Assembly: GCA_965249575.1 (NCBI GenBank)
Contig: OZ252244.1
Coordinates: 1,056,001-1,120,000, forward strand
DNA: 64,000 nucleotides
Direction: 5' to 3'
Source of the DNA: Gemmatimonadales bacterium
Lineage (GTDB): Bacteria; Gemmatimonadota; Gemmatimonadetes; Gemmatimonadales; GWC2-71-9
Shown: piece by piece, positions 47,545 through 56,737 of the stretch
How the letters are laid out: every line of letters starts with the position of its first letter
Position numbering within the stretch: position 1 is the first letter of the stretch
Program-made: the position numbers and the translations under genes
The notes under the pieces: generated by a model
Told to the model about the DNA's origin: nothing
Databases searched by the model: none
The model's input: the letters and a program-made list of their open reading frames with translations, nothing else

Positions 47545-48308
47545 AGCCTCACGTCTACGCCTCGTCGTACCAAGTACTCTTTCACGTCACGAACGGAGTA
47601 AGTGCCGTCGTGAAACATTCCGGCTCCCAGAGCCGCGGATGCCTTGCCCTCGACGAGGACTTGCCTGAAGTGGTCGGGGGTGCCGGCGCCCCCCGAAGCG
47701 ATGACCGGAATCGGCACTGCCTCCGCGATCCCGCGCGTGTAGGGAACGTCGAACCCCTCCCGCGTGCCATCCGCGTCGATGACGTTGAGCAAGATCTCGC
47801 CAGCGCCACACGCTACCGAGCGAATGGCGAACTCGAGCGCGTCGAGCGCTGTTTCCTCGCGTCCACCCCGCCGCGTCACCCTGCACCGCTCACTGTCCAC
47901 GTGGAGCGCGTCGATGGACAGAATGACCGCCTGGGAGCCCGCCCGCTCGGCAACCTTCCCCAACACGCCGGGATCGTGAGTCGCTGCGGAGCCAATCGAG
48001 ATCCGATCAGCTCCGGCATCGAGAAGTCGCAGGGCGTCCTCCCAACTGCGCACCCCCCCGCCAACCGAGAACGGGACGAACAGCTGCCGCGCGACCCGAC
48101 CGACCCAGTCGAGCCGCGTGCTTCGGCCTTCACCGGTGATCGCGGAGGCCTCGATATCCAGAAAACTGATCTCGTCCGCACCTTGATCGGCGTAGCGCGC
48201 CGCCAACTCGACGAGGTCGCCCTGATCCCTCAGGTTCTTGAACTTTGTCCCCTTCACGACGCGCCCGTTGGCCACGTCCAAGCACACGACGATGCGCGGC
48301 CAACTCAT
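47538..48308 (-). CDS. hisF: Imidazole glycerol phosphate synthase cyclase subunit
   Basis: RIVVCLDV..GRVVKG, GADEISFLDI, VGGGVR, GAGEILLN..DGTREGFD, IASGGAG. Confidence 0.96.
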   Translation of the reverse strand: MSWPRIVVCLDVANGRVVKGTKFKNLRDQGDLVELAARYADQGADEISFLDIEASAITGEGRSTRLDWVGRVARQLFVPFSVGGGVRSWEDALRLLDAGADRISIGSAATHDPGVLGKVAERAGSQAVILSIDALHVDSERCRVTRRGGREETALDALEFAIRSVACGAGEILLNVIDADGTREGFDVPYTRGIAEAVPIPVIASGGAGTPDHFRQVLVEGKASAALGAGMFHDGTYSVRDVKEYLVRRGVDVRLC

Positions 48309-48901
48309 ACCCCCGCCTCACCACCCCCAAGGGTCCGTGCCAGGATCTCAAGCCCGAGCTTTCCGGAGCGCTCGGGGTGGAACTGAAATCCGAGCACGCT
48401 ACCCTCCTGGACGACCGCTGGGAAGGTCTCCCCCCACGTCGCCGTCGCCCGAACGGCACTCCGGTTTGCTGGCTCGACCACGAAGCTGTGCGCGAAATAA
48501 ACCGGGCTCTGCGTCCGACCCGCTGGGGCCCAGCCGAGGTGCGGGACCGGCAGCCCTCCCGACTCGATGCGGCGCACCCTCCCTGGTATGAGACCCAAGC
48601 CGGCGACACCCGGCGCCTCTTCGGATTCGGAGAGCAGAAGCTGCAGACCGATGCAGATACCGATGATTCGGCGGTCCGCGGCCGCGTCGCGAATCGCGCC
48701 AGCCACGCCCGAGGCCGAGAGATTGGCCATCGCCGTGCCGTAATTCCCGACCCCAGGAAGCAGAATCGGGCCCTCTGACGGGAGATCAGCCGGAGACCGG
48801 ATCAGCGTCTGAGGGATCCTCAGGCTTTCCAGCGCCCGGCGGGCATTCCCGAGATTGCCGGCGCCATAATCGATCACCGCCACCGGCGCCGCACCGCTCA
48901 T
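48305..48901 (-). CDS. hisH: Imidazole glycerol phosphate synthase glutaminase subunit
   Basis: IDYGAGNL, LPGVG, GICIGLQ, VPHLGW, YFAHSF, QFHPERSG. Confidence 0.96.
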   Translation of the reverse strand: MSGAAPVAVIDYGAGNLGNARRALESLRIPQTLIRSPADLPSEGPILLPGVGNYGTAMANLSASGVAGAIRDAAADRRIIGICIGLQLLLSESEEAPGVAGLGLIPGRVRRIESGGLPVPHLGWAPAGRTQSPVYFAHSFVVEPANRSAVRATATWGETFPAVVQEGSVLGFQFHPERSGKLGLEILARTLGGGEAGV

Positions 48902-49512
48902 TCCAACACGCCTTTGGTGCTGGGTACCACGCCCGCCCGGGCCGGATCGTATGACACCGCGTCCGCGAGCGCCCGCCCGGCGCTCTTGAACAGGGCCTCG
49001 ACCTTGTGATGTTCATTGTCACCGGCGTGCACCTTGAGGTGCCAGGCCGCACGACTTCCGTCAGCGACGGCTCGGAAGAACTCCGAGAGCAAATCGAGCT
49101 CCAAGTCGCCCTGACGCTCCTTTTCGAAGAGTGCCTCGAAGACGGAGTACGGCCGTCCCGATAGGTCCACTGCGCAGAACGCGAGTGCCTCGTCCATCGG
49201 AACGAACGCGCTGCCAAGCCGCCTGATGCCCTGGCGGTCTCCCAGCGCATCGCGGAGCGCCGCCCCCAGTGCGAGCCCGACGTCTTCGATCGTGTGGTGC
49301 TGGTCGACCTCGACATCTCCCTCGACCTCGAGTTCCATGTCGAGGTTGCCGTGGCGGCACATGGCGTCCAGCATATGGCCGAAGAACGGGATTGGCGTCG
49401 AGATCTTGGTTTGACCGCTGCCGTCGACCACAAGGCGCAGGTGGATCCGAGTCTCACCGGTCACTCGATCGACGACGGCCGTTCGTGTTTTCTTGATACG
49501 CCGTTTGGTCAT
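48898..49512 (-). CDS. hisB: Imidazoleglycerol-phosphate dehydratase (monofunctional)
   Basis: ATG 49512; RVTGET, FFGHML, DQHHTIED, PMDEAL, DLSGRP, NEHHKVEALFK, PSTKGVL. Confidence 0.96.
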   Translation of the reverse strand: MTKRRIKKTRTAVVDRVTGETRIHLRLVVDGSGQTKISTPIPFFGHMLDAMCRHGNLDMELEVEGDVEVDQHHTIEDVGLALGAALRDALGDRQGIRRLGSAFVPMDEALAFCAVDLSGRPYSVFEALFEKERQGDLELDLLSEFFRAVADGSRAAWHLKVHAGDNEHHKVEALFKSAGRALADAVSYDPARAGVVPSTKGVLE

Positions 49513-51323
49513 TCGTTCTCCCTGGGCGTGGATGCCCGCTCCACCGCCACGCGCTGACGCAACGCCGCCGGAATCTCCCCAACGGATGACAGGACCGCTA
49601 AGGGCGCGTACCGGCGCAGGGCGGCGATTCGCCCGTCGACCGCACCGTATGGGGAATCGGCTGGGCAGATTCCGATGGTCGTGATGCCCGCCCGCCGGCC
49701 GGCGAGGAGGTCCGCGGCCGAATCGCCGGCGAGCCATGCAGACCGGACCCGCAGCTTGCGGAGCGCCGCTCGAATCGGTGCCGGATCGGGCTTTCGCTGG
49801 CGTACGTCGTCGGCGGTCACAACGGCGTCGAACCAGTTGCCGACGCCGGCGCCGTCCAGCGCTAGCTCCGCATCCCGGCGCGGGCGTCCTGTCACGATCC
49901 CGAGCCTGGCTCGAGCGGCCAGCCACTTGAGAGATCGTGCGGGAAGGAGCCACCGCTCTTTCGCGCGGAGGGCCGTCCGTCCGTTTCCTCCGTGATAGAG
50001 CGCGGTAAACCGCCGCTCGACCTCCGATCGGGGTGGCCGGACACCGAGCGCCCGCAGCGCGATACAGCTCGCGTCGATATCGTCGTTGGCGTCGACCCGG
50101 TTCTTCACGGCGAGCACTCGCTCTCGGGAAACGCCGGTCCCTTTTGCGAGAAAGCTCCTCACCGTCCGGTATACCGCCTCGTCGTAAGAGCGGCGAACGT
50201 CCACGAGCACACCGTCCATGTCGAAGAGGATCGCCTCGGGTAACGGCGCCAGCAGCAGCCGCACCTCGTCGAGCAGTCGGTCCACTTCGGCATCGGTGCC
50301 ACTGCTGACTCGCACGAATCCCGCCATCCCCGGCAGGTGGCTCCGATCGCGGATCGCCACTCCTCTCCGCTCGAGCGCCTCACACACCATACGCGCCCGC
50401 TCCGCCGATCCGAGGTCCGCGAGAACGAAATTTGCTCGGGTCTTCAAACACGGCACGTCGAGCGCCCGGATACCCTTTGAAAGCCTGCCGACCGATCGCT
50501 TGGCCTGGCGGACGGTCGCACGAACGTGGGCCTCATCTTCGAGCGCAGCCAGGCCTACCGCGACTGCGTGTACCGTCACGGGGTACGGCACGTTGATGCG
50601 GTGCAGGAGCTCGATCAAGCGAGCGTTTCCGATCAGGCCACCAATCCGCTCGCCGGCGAGGCCGAGCGCCTTCGAGAACGTCCGGGCGATCAAGACATTG
50701 GAAAGCCGCTTCGCGAGCGGCAGCACGCTGTCACCGTAGAACTCACCGTATGCCTCGTCGACCAGGAAGAGCACGTCGCTATGCCGCCGCGCTTCGCGCT
50801 CCAGGAACGCGCGGGACGGAGCTCGGCCGGTGGGATTGTCCGGATACCCCAGGATGACGAGCTTGGGTCGCGCCGATCGGTCTTTGAGCGCCGCCCGGAA
50901 CCCTGGCGACGGGAACGCGAACCCGTTTTCCCGACTGCACGGAACGGCGCGAACGCACGCATCCCGTCGGGCAGCCGCCCAGCCGTACAGCTCGAAGGAA
51001 GGCGCTGCCATAACACACACATCACTCGGACCCAGGACGAGCTCGGCTGCCAGGGCGATCGCGGGTCCCGACCCCGAGGTCAACACGACCTGGTCGGGAC
51101 GCACGCCAAGCCGCCTCGCCCACCGCTCCACGAGGGGACGTGTCTCGGGATATCGAGCGAGACGACTCGTGTCGAGAAGTCGTGCGGCTTCAGCGACCAG
51201 GGGAGAAGGCCCCAGCGGATTCTCGTTTCCGTCGAGGGCCACCGTCGCCCGGCCTTCAGAGAGCCGGCGATACGAAGGGAGAGCCTCCACAGCGGGCCGG
51301 ACCACTACCCCGCCACCCTTCAC
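49509..51323 (-). CDS. hisC: Histidinol-phosphate aminotransferase fused to a C-terminal HAD phosphatase
   Basis: LDGNENP, PDNPTG, VDEAYGEF, RTFSKALGLAGERIG; then FDMDGVLVDVRRSY, IVTGRP, KPDP, GDSAAD. Confidence 0.9.
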   Translation of the reverse strand: MKGGGVVVRPAVEALPSYRRLSEGRATVALDGNENPLGPSPLVAEAARLLDTSRLARYPETRPLVERWARRLGVRPDQVVLTSGSGPAIALAAELVLGPSDVCVMAAPSFELYGWAAARRDACVRAVPCSRENGFAFPSPGFRAALKDRSARPKLVILGYPDNPTGRAPSRAFLEREARRHSDVLFLVDEAYGEFYGDSVLPLAKRLSNVLIARTFSKALGLAGERIGGLIGNARLIELLHRINVPYPVTVHAVAVGLAALEDEAHVRATVRQAKRSVGRLSKGIRALDVPCLKTRANFVLADLGSAERARMVCEALERRGVAIRDRSHLPGMAGFVRVSSGTDAEVDRLLDEVRLLLAPLPEAILFDMDGVLVDVRRSYDEAVYRTVRSFLAKGTGVSRERVLAVKNRVDANDDIDASCIALRALGVRPPRSEVERRFTALYHGGNGRTALRAKERWLLPARSLKWLAARARLGIVTGRPRRDAELALDGAGVGNWFDAVVTADDVRQRKPDPAPIRAALRKLRVRSAWLAGDSAADLLAGRRAGITTIGICPADSPYGAVDGRIAALRRYAPLAVLSSVGEIPAALRQRVAVERASTPRENE

Positions 51324-52174
51324 GGGATCACCTTGCGGAGCGAGTACTCTAAGATGTCGCTTGCGCCGAGCTGCTTGAGTCGTGGCACGAGATCTGCGAC
51401 CGCGGCCTCAGGCACCGCAGCCTTGAGCATGTGCGACCCGTCGGCGAGCTCCGCGATCGTCGGGCTCTTCATTGCTGGAAGCAGCTCGATGATCTCTTGC
51501 AAGTTGTCATTGGCGACGTTCATCTCGAGCATGACACGGTTCCTCGCAGCCCGCACACCCTGCATGAGTAACATGAGGTCGTCGGCGAATTCCCGCACCT
51601 CCGTGCGCTCGAGCGACGACTCGCTAGCGATGAACCGGGTCGACGAAGCCAGCACCGTCTCGACCACTCGCAGCCCGTTTTCCTTCAAGGTCCGACCGGT
51701 TGCCGAATTGTCCAGGATGAGATCGGCGTCTTCGGGTGGGAAGACCTCGGTGGCCCCATAGGAACGAACGAACCGGTATTTCCAGCCCTTCTGTTCGAGG
51801 AACCGGCGAGCAATGTTCTCATATTCAGAAACGACGACTATGGGCTCGGTTCCCGACGGCGGCGCCCAGCCATGTGCGGCGGCAGCAACCAAGTGCACCG
51901 GTTCCAGCCCGAGATCATCGAGCTCGATGACGCGGGCACCGGTTTCGACGATCCAGTCATAACCGGTGAATCCGAGGTCGTGTCGCCCCAGCTCGACGAG
52001 CTGCGGGATGTTCTGCGCCTTGAGAACTTTGAACTCCAATCGGGGGTCGCTCGACCTGGGACGGTACGACCGCTCATATCCCGTCACGGACACGCCCGCT
52101 TGCCCGAGCAGCACGATGAGGGAATCGAACATCCGGCCCTTGGGGAGCGCGATCGTTATCGGGTTTGCGTCCAC
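51320..52174 (-). CDS. hisG: ATP phosphoribosyltransferase (long form)
   Basis: IALPKGR, DLGFTGYD, GATEVFP..DNSATGRTLKENGL, C-terminal regulatory domain LPAMKSPTI..LKQLGASDIL; GTG start 52174. Confidence 0.95.
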   Translation of the reverse strand: MDANPITIALPKGRMFDSLIVLLGQAGVSVTGYERSYRPRSSDPRLEFKVLKAQNIPQLVELGRHDLGFTGYDWIVETGARVIELDDLGLEPVHLVAAAAHGWAPPSGTEPIVVVSEYENIARRFLEQKGWKYRFVRSYGATEVFPPEDADLILDNSATGRTLKENGLRVVETVLASSTRFIASESSLERTEVREFADDLMLLMQGVRAARNRVMLEMNVANDNLQEIIELLPAMKSPTIAELADGSHMLKAAVPEAAVADLVPRLKQLGASDILEYSLRKVIP

Positions 52175-52267
52175 GATATCGCTGTTCCTGGCTCTAAAGG
52201 ATGGTGCCGCTGTCCGCGCCGACCTTCGGCGCACAAGGTTTCCGCCCCAGAGCGGGACCAGGCGCCC

Positions 52268-52303
52268 AAAAACGAAAACCCCCGGTCACGCGTGCCCCGG
52301 GGG
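52268..52303 (-). terminator. Intrinsic terminator of the his attenuator
   Basis: Minus strand CCCCCGG-GGCACGCGTGA-CCGGGGG followed by TTTTCGTTTTT, between the leader ORF and hisG. Confidence 0.85.
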
Positions 52304-52335
52304 AAGACTGGATCGCCTGTTTCGCGATGTCGTGG

Positions 52336-52431
52336 CTACAACGACGCACACGAGGCGGCCCTCATCCCGACCGGGGTCGATGGATGATGATGCCGCACAT
52401 GGTGGTTCGAACCGAGAACGATAGTCCCCAT
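52336..52431 (-). CDS. hisL: his operon leader peptide (31 aa, HHVRHHH)
   Basis: ATG GGG ACT ATC GTT CTC GGT TCG AAC CAC CAT GTG CGG CAT CAT CAT ... TAG = MGTIVLGSNHHVRHHHPSTPVGMRAASCASL, just upstream of the terminator and hisG. Confidence 0.8.
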   Translation of the reverse strand: MGTIVLGSNHHVRHHHPSTPVGMRAASCASL

Positions 52432-52495
52432 AACGTGTACAGAGAGTAATCGGCCGCGATTTAGCGGTCAAGGGTTTCCGGAGGACGCACGAAGG

Positions 52496-53893
52496 ATGGG
52501 GCCCCGCAAGCCGTTCGAATGGCTGACCGTAGCCGTTGTCGCGCCGCTGCTGTTCGGCGGGTGTGCCACCGGCGTCGGGAGCCGAAGCCACGCTCGGCTC
52601 GTCGCCCGCATCGATTCGATCGCGGAGAAGGCCATCGATGAGGGGCCGCTTGCGGGGCTGGCCATCTCTGTGACGCGGTGGAACGACACCCTCCTGGCAT
52701 CCGGCTACGGCTACGCGGATCTCGATCGCAAAATCCCGGCCGGACCCAATACAATCTTCCCCATCGCCTCGATCACGAAACAGATCACCGCCGTGGCCGT
52801 GCTGCAATTGGCGGAACGGGGCCAGCTGCAACTCAATGACGAGATCACTGAGTACCTCCCCGACTATCCCACCGGAGGGCACAAGATCGAGATCGAACAT
52901 CTCCTCACGCACACCTCCGGCATCCGGAGCTTCACGAGCCTGGGTGACACGTGGGCCCTGGAGGCCGACCCGTACCTGCCGCATGATGCCATGGTCGAGC
53001 TGTTCGCGAATGAGCCGTTCGACTTTCCGCCCGGGGAGAGCTTTCTCTACAGCAACTCGGGCTATTACCTCCTGGGGCTGATCATCGAGCGTGTGTCGGG
53101 CCAATCGTATGCCGATTACGTAAGGGAGCACATCTTTGAGCCACTCGGCATGCGCGACTCGGGCTACTGCGATGACGAACCGAACGGCCGGACCGCGCTG
53201 GGTCATGTCCTGGATGGGGGAAGCCTCGTTCGGGTGCAGCCGACCGGTATGAGCCACCTCTACGCCGCGGGCTCGCTTTGCTCCACGGTGCTCGACCTCC
53301 TCACCTGGACACGATCGCTGCGCGAGCGAAAGCTCATGAACGCACTCTCGTACCGCCGGATGACGACGCCCGTGAAGCTCAAGGACGGCTCTGAAGCGAG
53401 TTACGGGTACGGACTCTTGCTGGGTGAGCTCGGGGGAAGGCGCATGATCGGGCACGGGGGCGGCATCGAGGGTTTCGCGACCCAGCTCTCGTACTACCCG
53501 GACCGCCGCGTTACCGTCGCCGTTCTCGCCAACGCCGAGCACGCACGCACCCGACCGATCGCCGAGACCATCGCGCGGTGGGTCCTGGGAATCCCTGAGC
53601 CCGACGTGAAGGACCGGCCACTCGAGCCAGAGGAGCTTCCGAGATATCCAGGAGATTACGACCTGCGCGACGGCGTCCTTCATGTCTTCGAGCAGGACGG
53701 CGAGATCCTGGCACGTTTCGGCCAGAGCGACCCCATTCGCCTGCGCTATCAAGGCGCCGACGTGTTCGTGGCGGAATCCGACGCGACGATGGAGCTTCGG
53801 TTCGTAGTGAGCCGCGGGAGAGCCCGAAAAGTCGTTCTGACCATCGCCGACCTCTCCCTCGACGCCGACCGCATCGCCGAAATAACCCCGTAA
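52496..53893 (+). CDS. Serine hydrolase (beta-lactamase class C/AmpC-like family), putative lipoprotein
   Basis: Lipobox LFGGC, IASITK (SxxK), LLTHTSG, YSNSGY, HGGGIEGF, extra C-terminal domain. Confidence 0.9.
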   Translation: MGPRKPFEWLTVAVVAPLLFGGCATGVGSRSHARLVARIDSIAEKAIDEGPLAGLAISVTRWNDTLLASGYGYADLDRKIPAGPNTIFPIASITKQITAVAVLQLAERGQLQLNDEITEYLPDYPTGGHKIEIEHLLTHTSGIRSFTSLGDTWALEADPYLPHDAMVELFANEPFDFPPGESFLYSNSGYYLLGLIIERVSGQSYADYVREHIFEPLGMRDSGYCDDEPNGRTALGHVLDGGSLVRVQPTGMSHLYAAGSLCSTVLDLLTWTRSLRERKLMNALSYRRMTTPVKLKDGSEASYGYGLLLGELGGRRMIGHGGGIEGFATQLSYYPDRRVTVAVLANAEHARTRPIAETIARWVLGIPEPDVKDRPLEPEELPRYPGDYDLRDGVLHVFEQDGEILARFGQSDPIRLRYQGADVFVAESDATMELRFVVSRGRARKVVLTIADLSLDADRIAEITP

Positions 53894-53960
53894 CAACGCG
53901 CCTACATCCGTCGCCAGGGAAAGCCGCTTCGATCGACTGGGAAGGAGCGTGGTCTGCTCT

Positions 53961-54295
53961 GAGTCGGACCTTCGCGTGGGCGGCCGTAATGTCTACCGGC
54001 ACGGCCCAAGGACGATCCGAGGTTCGCGTGCGACGTCAGGTACGAGGATATCGTCGCGGACAAACGGCTCGTGGTCGTTGAGAGAGTCACGACCGGGGAC
54101 CGGCCGCTGTCGGTATCGCTAGTAACCTGGGAGCGGCTCGCGGAGAGCGGTGGAACCAAGCTCGTACTCGGGAAACAGCTCGTTTCGTTCGTGGGAGCGG
54201 AAATGGTGGAGGGGTCGAAGTCAGGAACGGTTATGGCACTCGACAACCTGGGGGCTTTGCTGGCTCGGGGGAGTGCGAAAACGGCATCTGATTAG
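53961..54295 (+). pseudogene. SRPBCC/AHSA1 family protein remnant
   Basis: ESDLRVGGRNVYRHG, frameshift near 54008, then KDDPRF..RYEDIVADKRLV..SVSLVTW..GGTKL..LDNL; no 5' end. Confidence 0.6.
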
Positions 54296-54464
54296 GAATC
54301 TATCCAGCCGTAGCCTCACACAACGTGAGTGAAGGCTCACTTTGCACGATATCTGGACCTCTCATCATTCCAGAGCTTCTCACGTGTCGATCATAACGGA
54401 CTATCACATATGGCTTTAGGTAACATCAACTACCGTTTTCGACCGGCCACACTAGATTTGGGCC

Positions 54465-55523
54465 ATGAGTTTGGCCCCCCTGATTGGGCATGAAAAGCTC
54501 CGGAACCGGCTGGAAGGCGCTCTCGCCTCCGGCCGGTTCCCGCAATCGGCACTCTTTGTCGGCCCCGCGGGAGTCGGGAAGCAACGACTTGGCCTGTGGG
54601 TAGCCCAGGGCCTGCTGTGCGCGGAAGGTCCGGGCGCTCCCTGCGGCGCATGTCAGCCCTGCAAATTGGTGTCGGGGCTCGCTCACCCCGATCTGCACTG
54701 GTTCACGCCGATTCCGCGCCCGAAGGCCGGCGACCCCGACCGACAGGTTGACCAGGCCGAGGAAACGCTCGCCGAGATCATGGCCGATCGCCGGAGCAAC
54801 CCGTTCTATGCCCGGCCTGACGGCATGAGTAGCCACGCGCTGGCCTCGGTTCGCCTGCTTCAGCGGCGGGTCTCCCTCAAGCCTTTCCAGGCCAACCGGA
54901 AGATCATCCTTCTCGGCGATGCCGAGCGGCTCGTGGTGCAGGAAGCCAGCCAGGAGGCAGCCAACTCGCTGCTCAAGGTGCTCGAGGAGCCGCCTCGGGA
55001 TACGGTCATTCTTCTGACAGCGGCTGAGCCTCGCGCCCTCCTTCCGACCATCCAGTCGCGGCTCGTCCCGATCAGGGTGGGGCGGCTGACCGACGCCGAA
55101 GTACGGGCCTTCTTGACCGAAACTGTAGATCCTCCCCTCGACGGAGACGAGTTGGAGCGGCGCGTGCTCGGTGCGGACGGTTGCCCTGGCCTCGCACTTG
55201 CCGCGGCGGGCGACGGGGACGGCGCCGACCGGACGGCGGCGAGCCTCTTGAATGCGTTACGCCGTGGGTCAGGCGCCTGGGCACCGTTGGCTTTTGCGCA
55301 GCAGCCGTGGGGAGCCCGCGGTGATTTCTCAGCCATGTTGGATTCGCTTGCACTGAAGCTTCGAGCAAGCGTCAAGACCCAGGCCGCAGGCTCCGAGCGT
55401 TCGATTCGCCGCCGGTTGCTCGCACTGCGGCGGGTTCAGCAGATTCGCGCCGAGGCGCAGGGCAACACCAACCCCCAACTGGCTCTGGCAACCTTGGCCA
55501 GCGATCTCGAGCGGCTCTCGTGA
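54465..55523 (+). CDS. holB: DNA polymerase III subunit delta'
   Basis: LIGHE, ALFVGPAGVGK, CGACQPC zinc site, HPDLH, AANSLLKVLEEPP, LLPTIQSR. Confidence 0.9.
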   Translation: MSLAPLIGHEKLRNRLEGALASGRFPQSALFVGPAGVGKQRLGLWVAQGLLCAEGPGAPCGACQPCKLVSGLAHPDLHWFTPIPRPKAGDPDRQVDQAEETLAEIMADRRSNPFYARPDGMSSHALASVRLLQRRVSLKPFQANRKIILLGDAERLVVQEASQEAANSLLKVLEEPPRDTVILLTAAEPRALLPTIQSRLVPIRVGRLTDAEVRAFLTETVDPPLDGDELERRVLGADGCPGLALAAAGDGDGADRTAASLLNALRRGSGAWAPLAFAQQPWGARGDFSAMLDSLALKLRASVKTQAAGSERSIRRRLLALRRVQQIRAEAQGNTNPQLALATLASDLERLS

Positions 55524-55999
55524 AGCTGACCCACGTCGACGGCGGCGGCAGGGCCCGCATGGTGGACGTCGCGGCGAAGCCCGAAACCGCGCGGATGGCC
55601 GTCGCGGAGGGGGTGATCCGCATGTCGTCCGAGGCGTTCGCCGCGCTCGAGCGGGGAGACGCGCCAAAGGGCGACGTCATCGGCACGGCCGAGCTGGCCG
55701 GCGTAATGGGCGCGAAGAGAACCGGCGACCTGATCCCGTTGTGCCACCCGCTTGGCTTGGATCACGTTGACGTGACCGCGGCCCTCGACGCGAGCCTCCC
55801 CGGGGTCAGGGTTCGCGCGACAACGACGGCGGTGGCCAAAACCGGGGTCGAGATGGAGGCGCTCAGCGCGGTAACTATTTCGCTACTCGCGGTGTATGAC
55901 ATGGCGAAGGCGATCGATCGGGGCATGGAGATCGGCCCTGTTCGCCTGCTGAAGAAAACCGGAGGCACCCGGGGCGACTGGCAGCGAGATGCTGTCTAA
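55520..55999 (+). CDS. moaC: Cyclic pyranopterin monophosphate synthase MoaC
   Basis: LTHVD..ARMVDV, KGDV, LIPLCHP, TGVEMEAL, YDMAKA, KTGG. Confidence 0.97.
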   Translation: MKLTHVDGGGRARMVDVAAKPETARMAVAEGVIRMSSEAFAALERGDAPKGDVIGTAELAGVMGAKRTGDLIPLCHPLGLDHVDVTAALDASLPGVRVRATTTAVAKTGVEMEALSAVTISLLAVYDMAKAIDRGMEIGPVRLLKKTGGTRGDWQRDAV

Positions 56000-56014
56000 G
56001 CCCCGTTTTCAATA

Positions 56015-56737
56015 ATGGAGACAAAAACAGTGCACGATATTCTACGCCCGCAGGATAGGGATCACTCGCGGCTCTCGGTGACGCAGGGTCTCATGCTCAG
56101 AGGCTTAGGCGTCATATTGAGCGTCGCGGTGCTGAGCGCCAGCATCGGCGCCGGATCCAGCCCCGTTACCGCCGACGATCAGCCCGCGTCCTACACCGGG
56201 ACCATCATCATGAATGAGCTGGAGCGCCTGCGGCGCGAGCTCGACCGGGTGCGGGGCCACCTCGAGCTGGTAACGCTCGCCCGGGACCGAGCGGATGCCA
56301 TCATGCAATACTCCGCCGACTTCAGGGCACCCGCCGATCTTGGGACCTTGATTTACGATACCGCGCTCAGGGAAGGCATGGACCCGGAACTGGCCTTCCG
56401 GCTCGTTCGGCTCGAAAGCGGGTTCAAACCCAACGCCAAGAGCCGTGCGAACGCTTATGGGCTCGCGCAAGTGCAGCCCGCCACCGCTCGGCACTACGAG
56501 GCAGATATCACGGTCGTGAAGCTCCTCGAGCCCGAGCGCAACCTACGCATCGGGATTCGCTACTTGCGGGATCTCCTTGAGCGGTACCAGGGCGACGTCG
56601 AGCTCGCGCTGTTGGCCTATAACAGGGGCCCGAGTAGAGTGCAGAGCCTTCTCGACCGCGGTCGTGACCCGCGAAATGGCTACGCTTCGATCATCATGGA
56701 GGGGTACGGCCGGGTCAGCCGCGGTCCGGACGAGTGA
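56015..56737 (+). CDS. SLT-domain lytic transglycosylase
   Basis: N-terminal TM/signal, RLESGF..AYGLAQVQPATA, NLRIGIRYL, ALLAYNRGP. Confidence 0.88.
   Translation: METKTVHDILRPQDRDHSRLSVTQGLMLRGLGVILSVAVLSASIGAGSSPVTADDQPASYTGTIIMNELERLRRELDRVRGHLELVTLARDRADAIMQYSADFRAPADLGTLIYDTALREGMDPELAFRLVRLESGFKPNAKSRANAYGLAQVQPATARHYEADITVVKLLEPERNLRIGIRYLRDLLERYQGDVELALLAYNRGPSRVQSLLDRGRDPRNGYASIIMEGYGRVSRGPDE

Noticed and set aside
52496..53893. Beta-lactam resistance gene
   Set aside because: SxxK/YxN motifs are shared by the broad serine hydrolase family; lipoprotein plus extra C-terminal domain fits a peptidase or esterase equally well.
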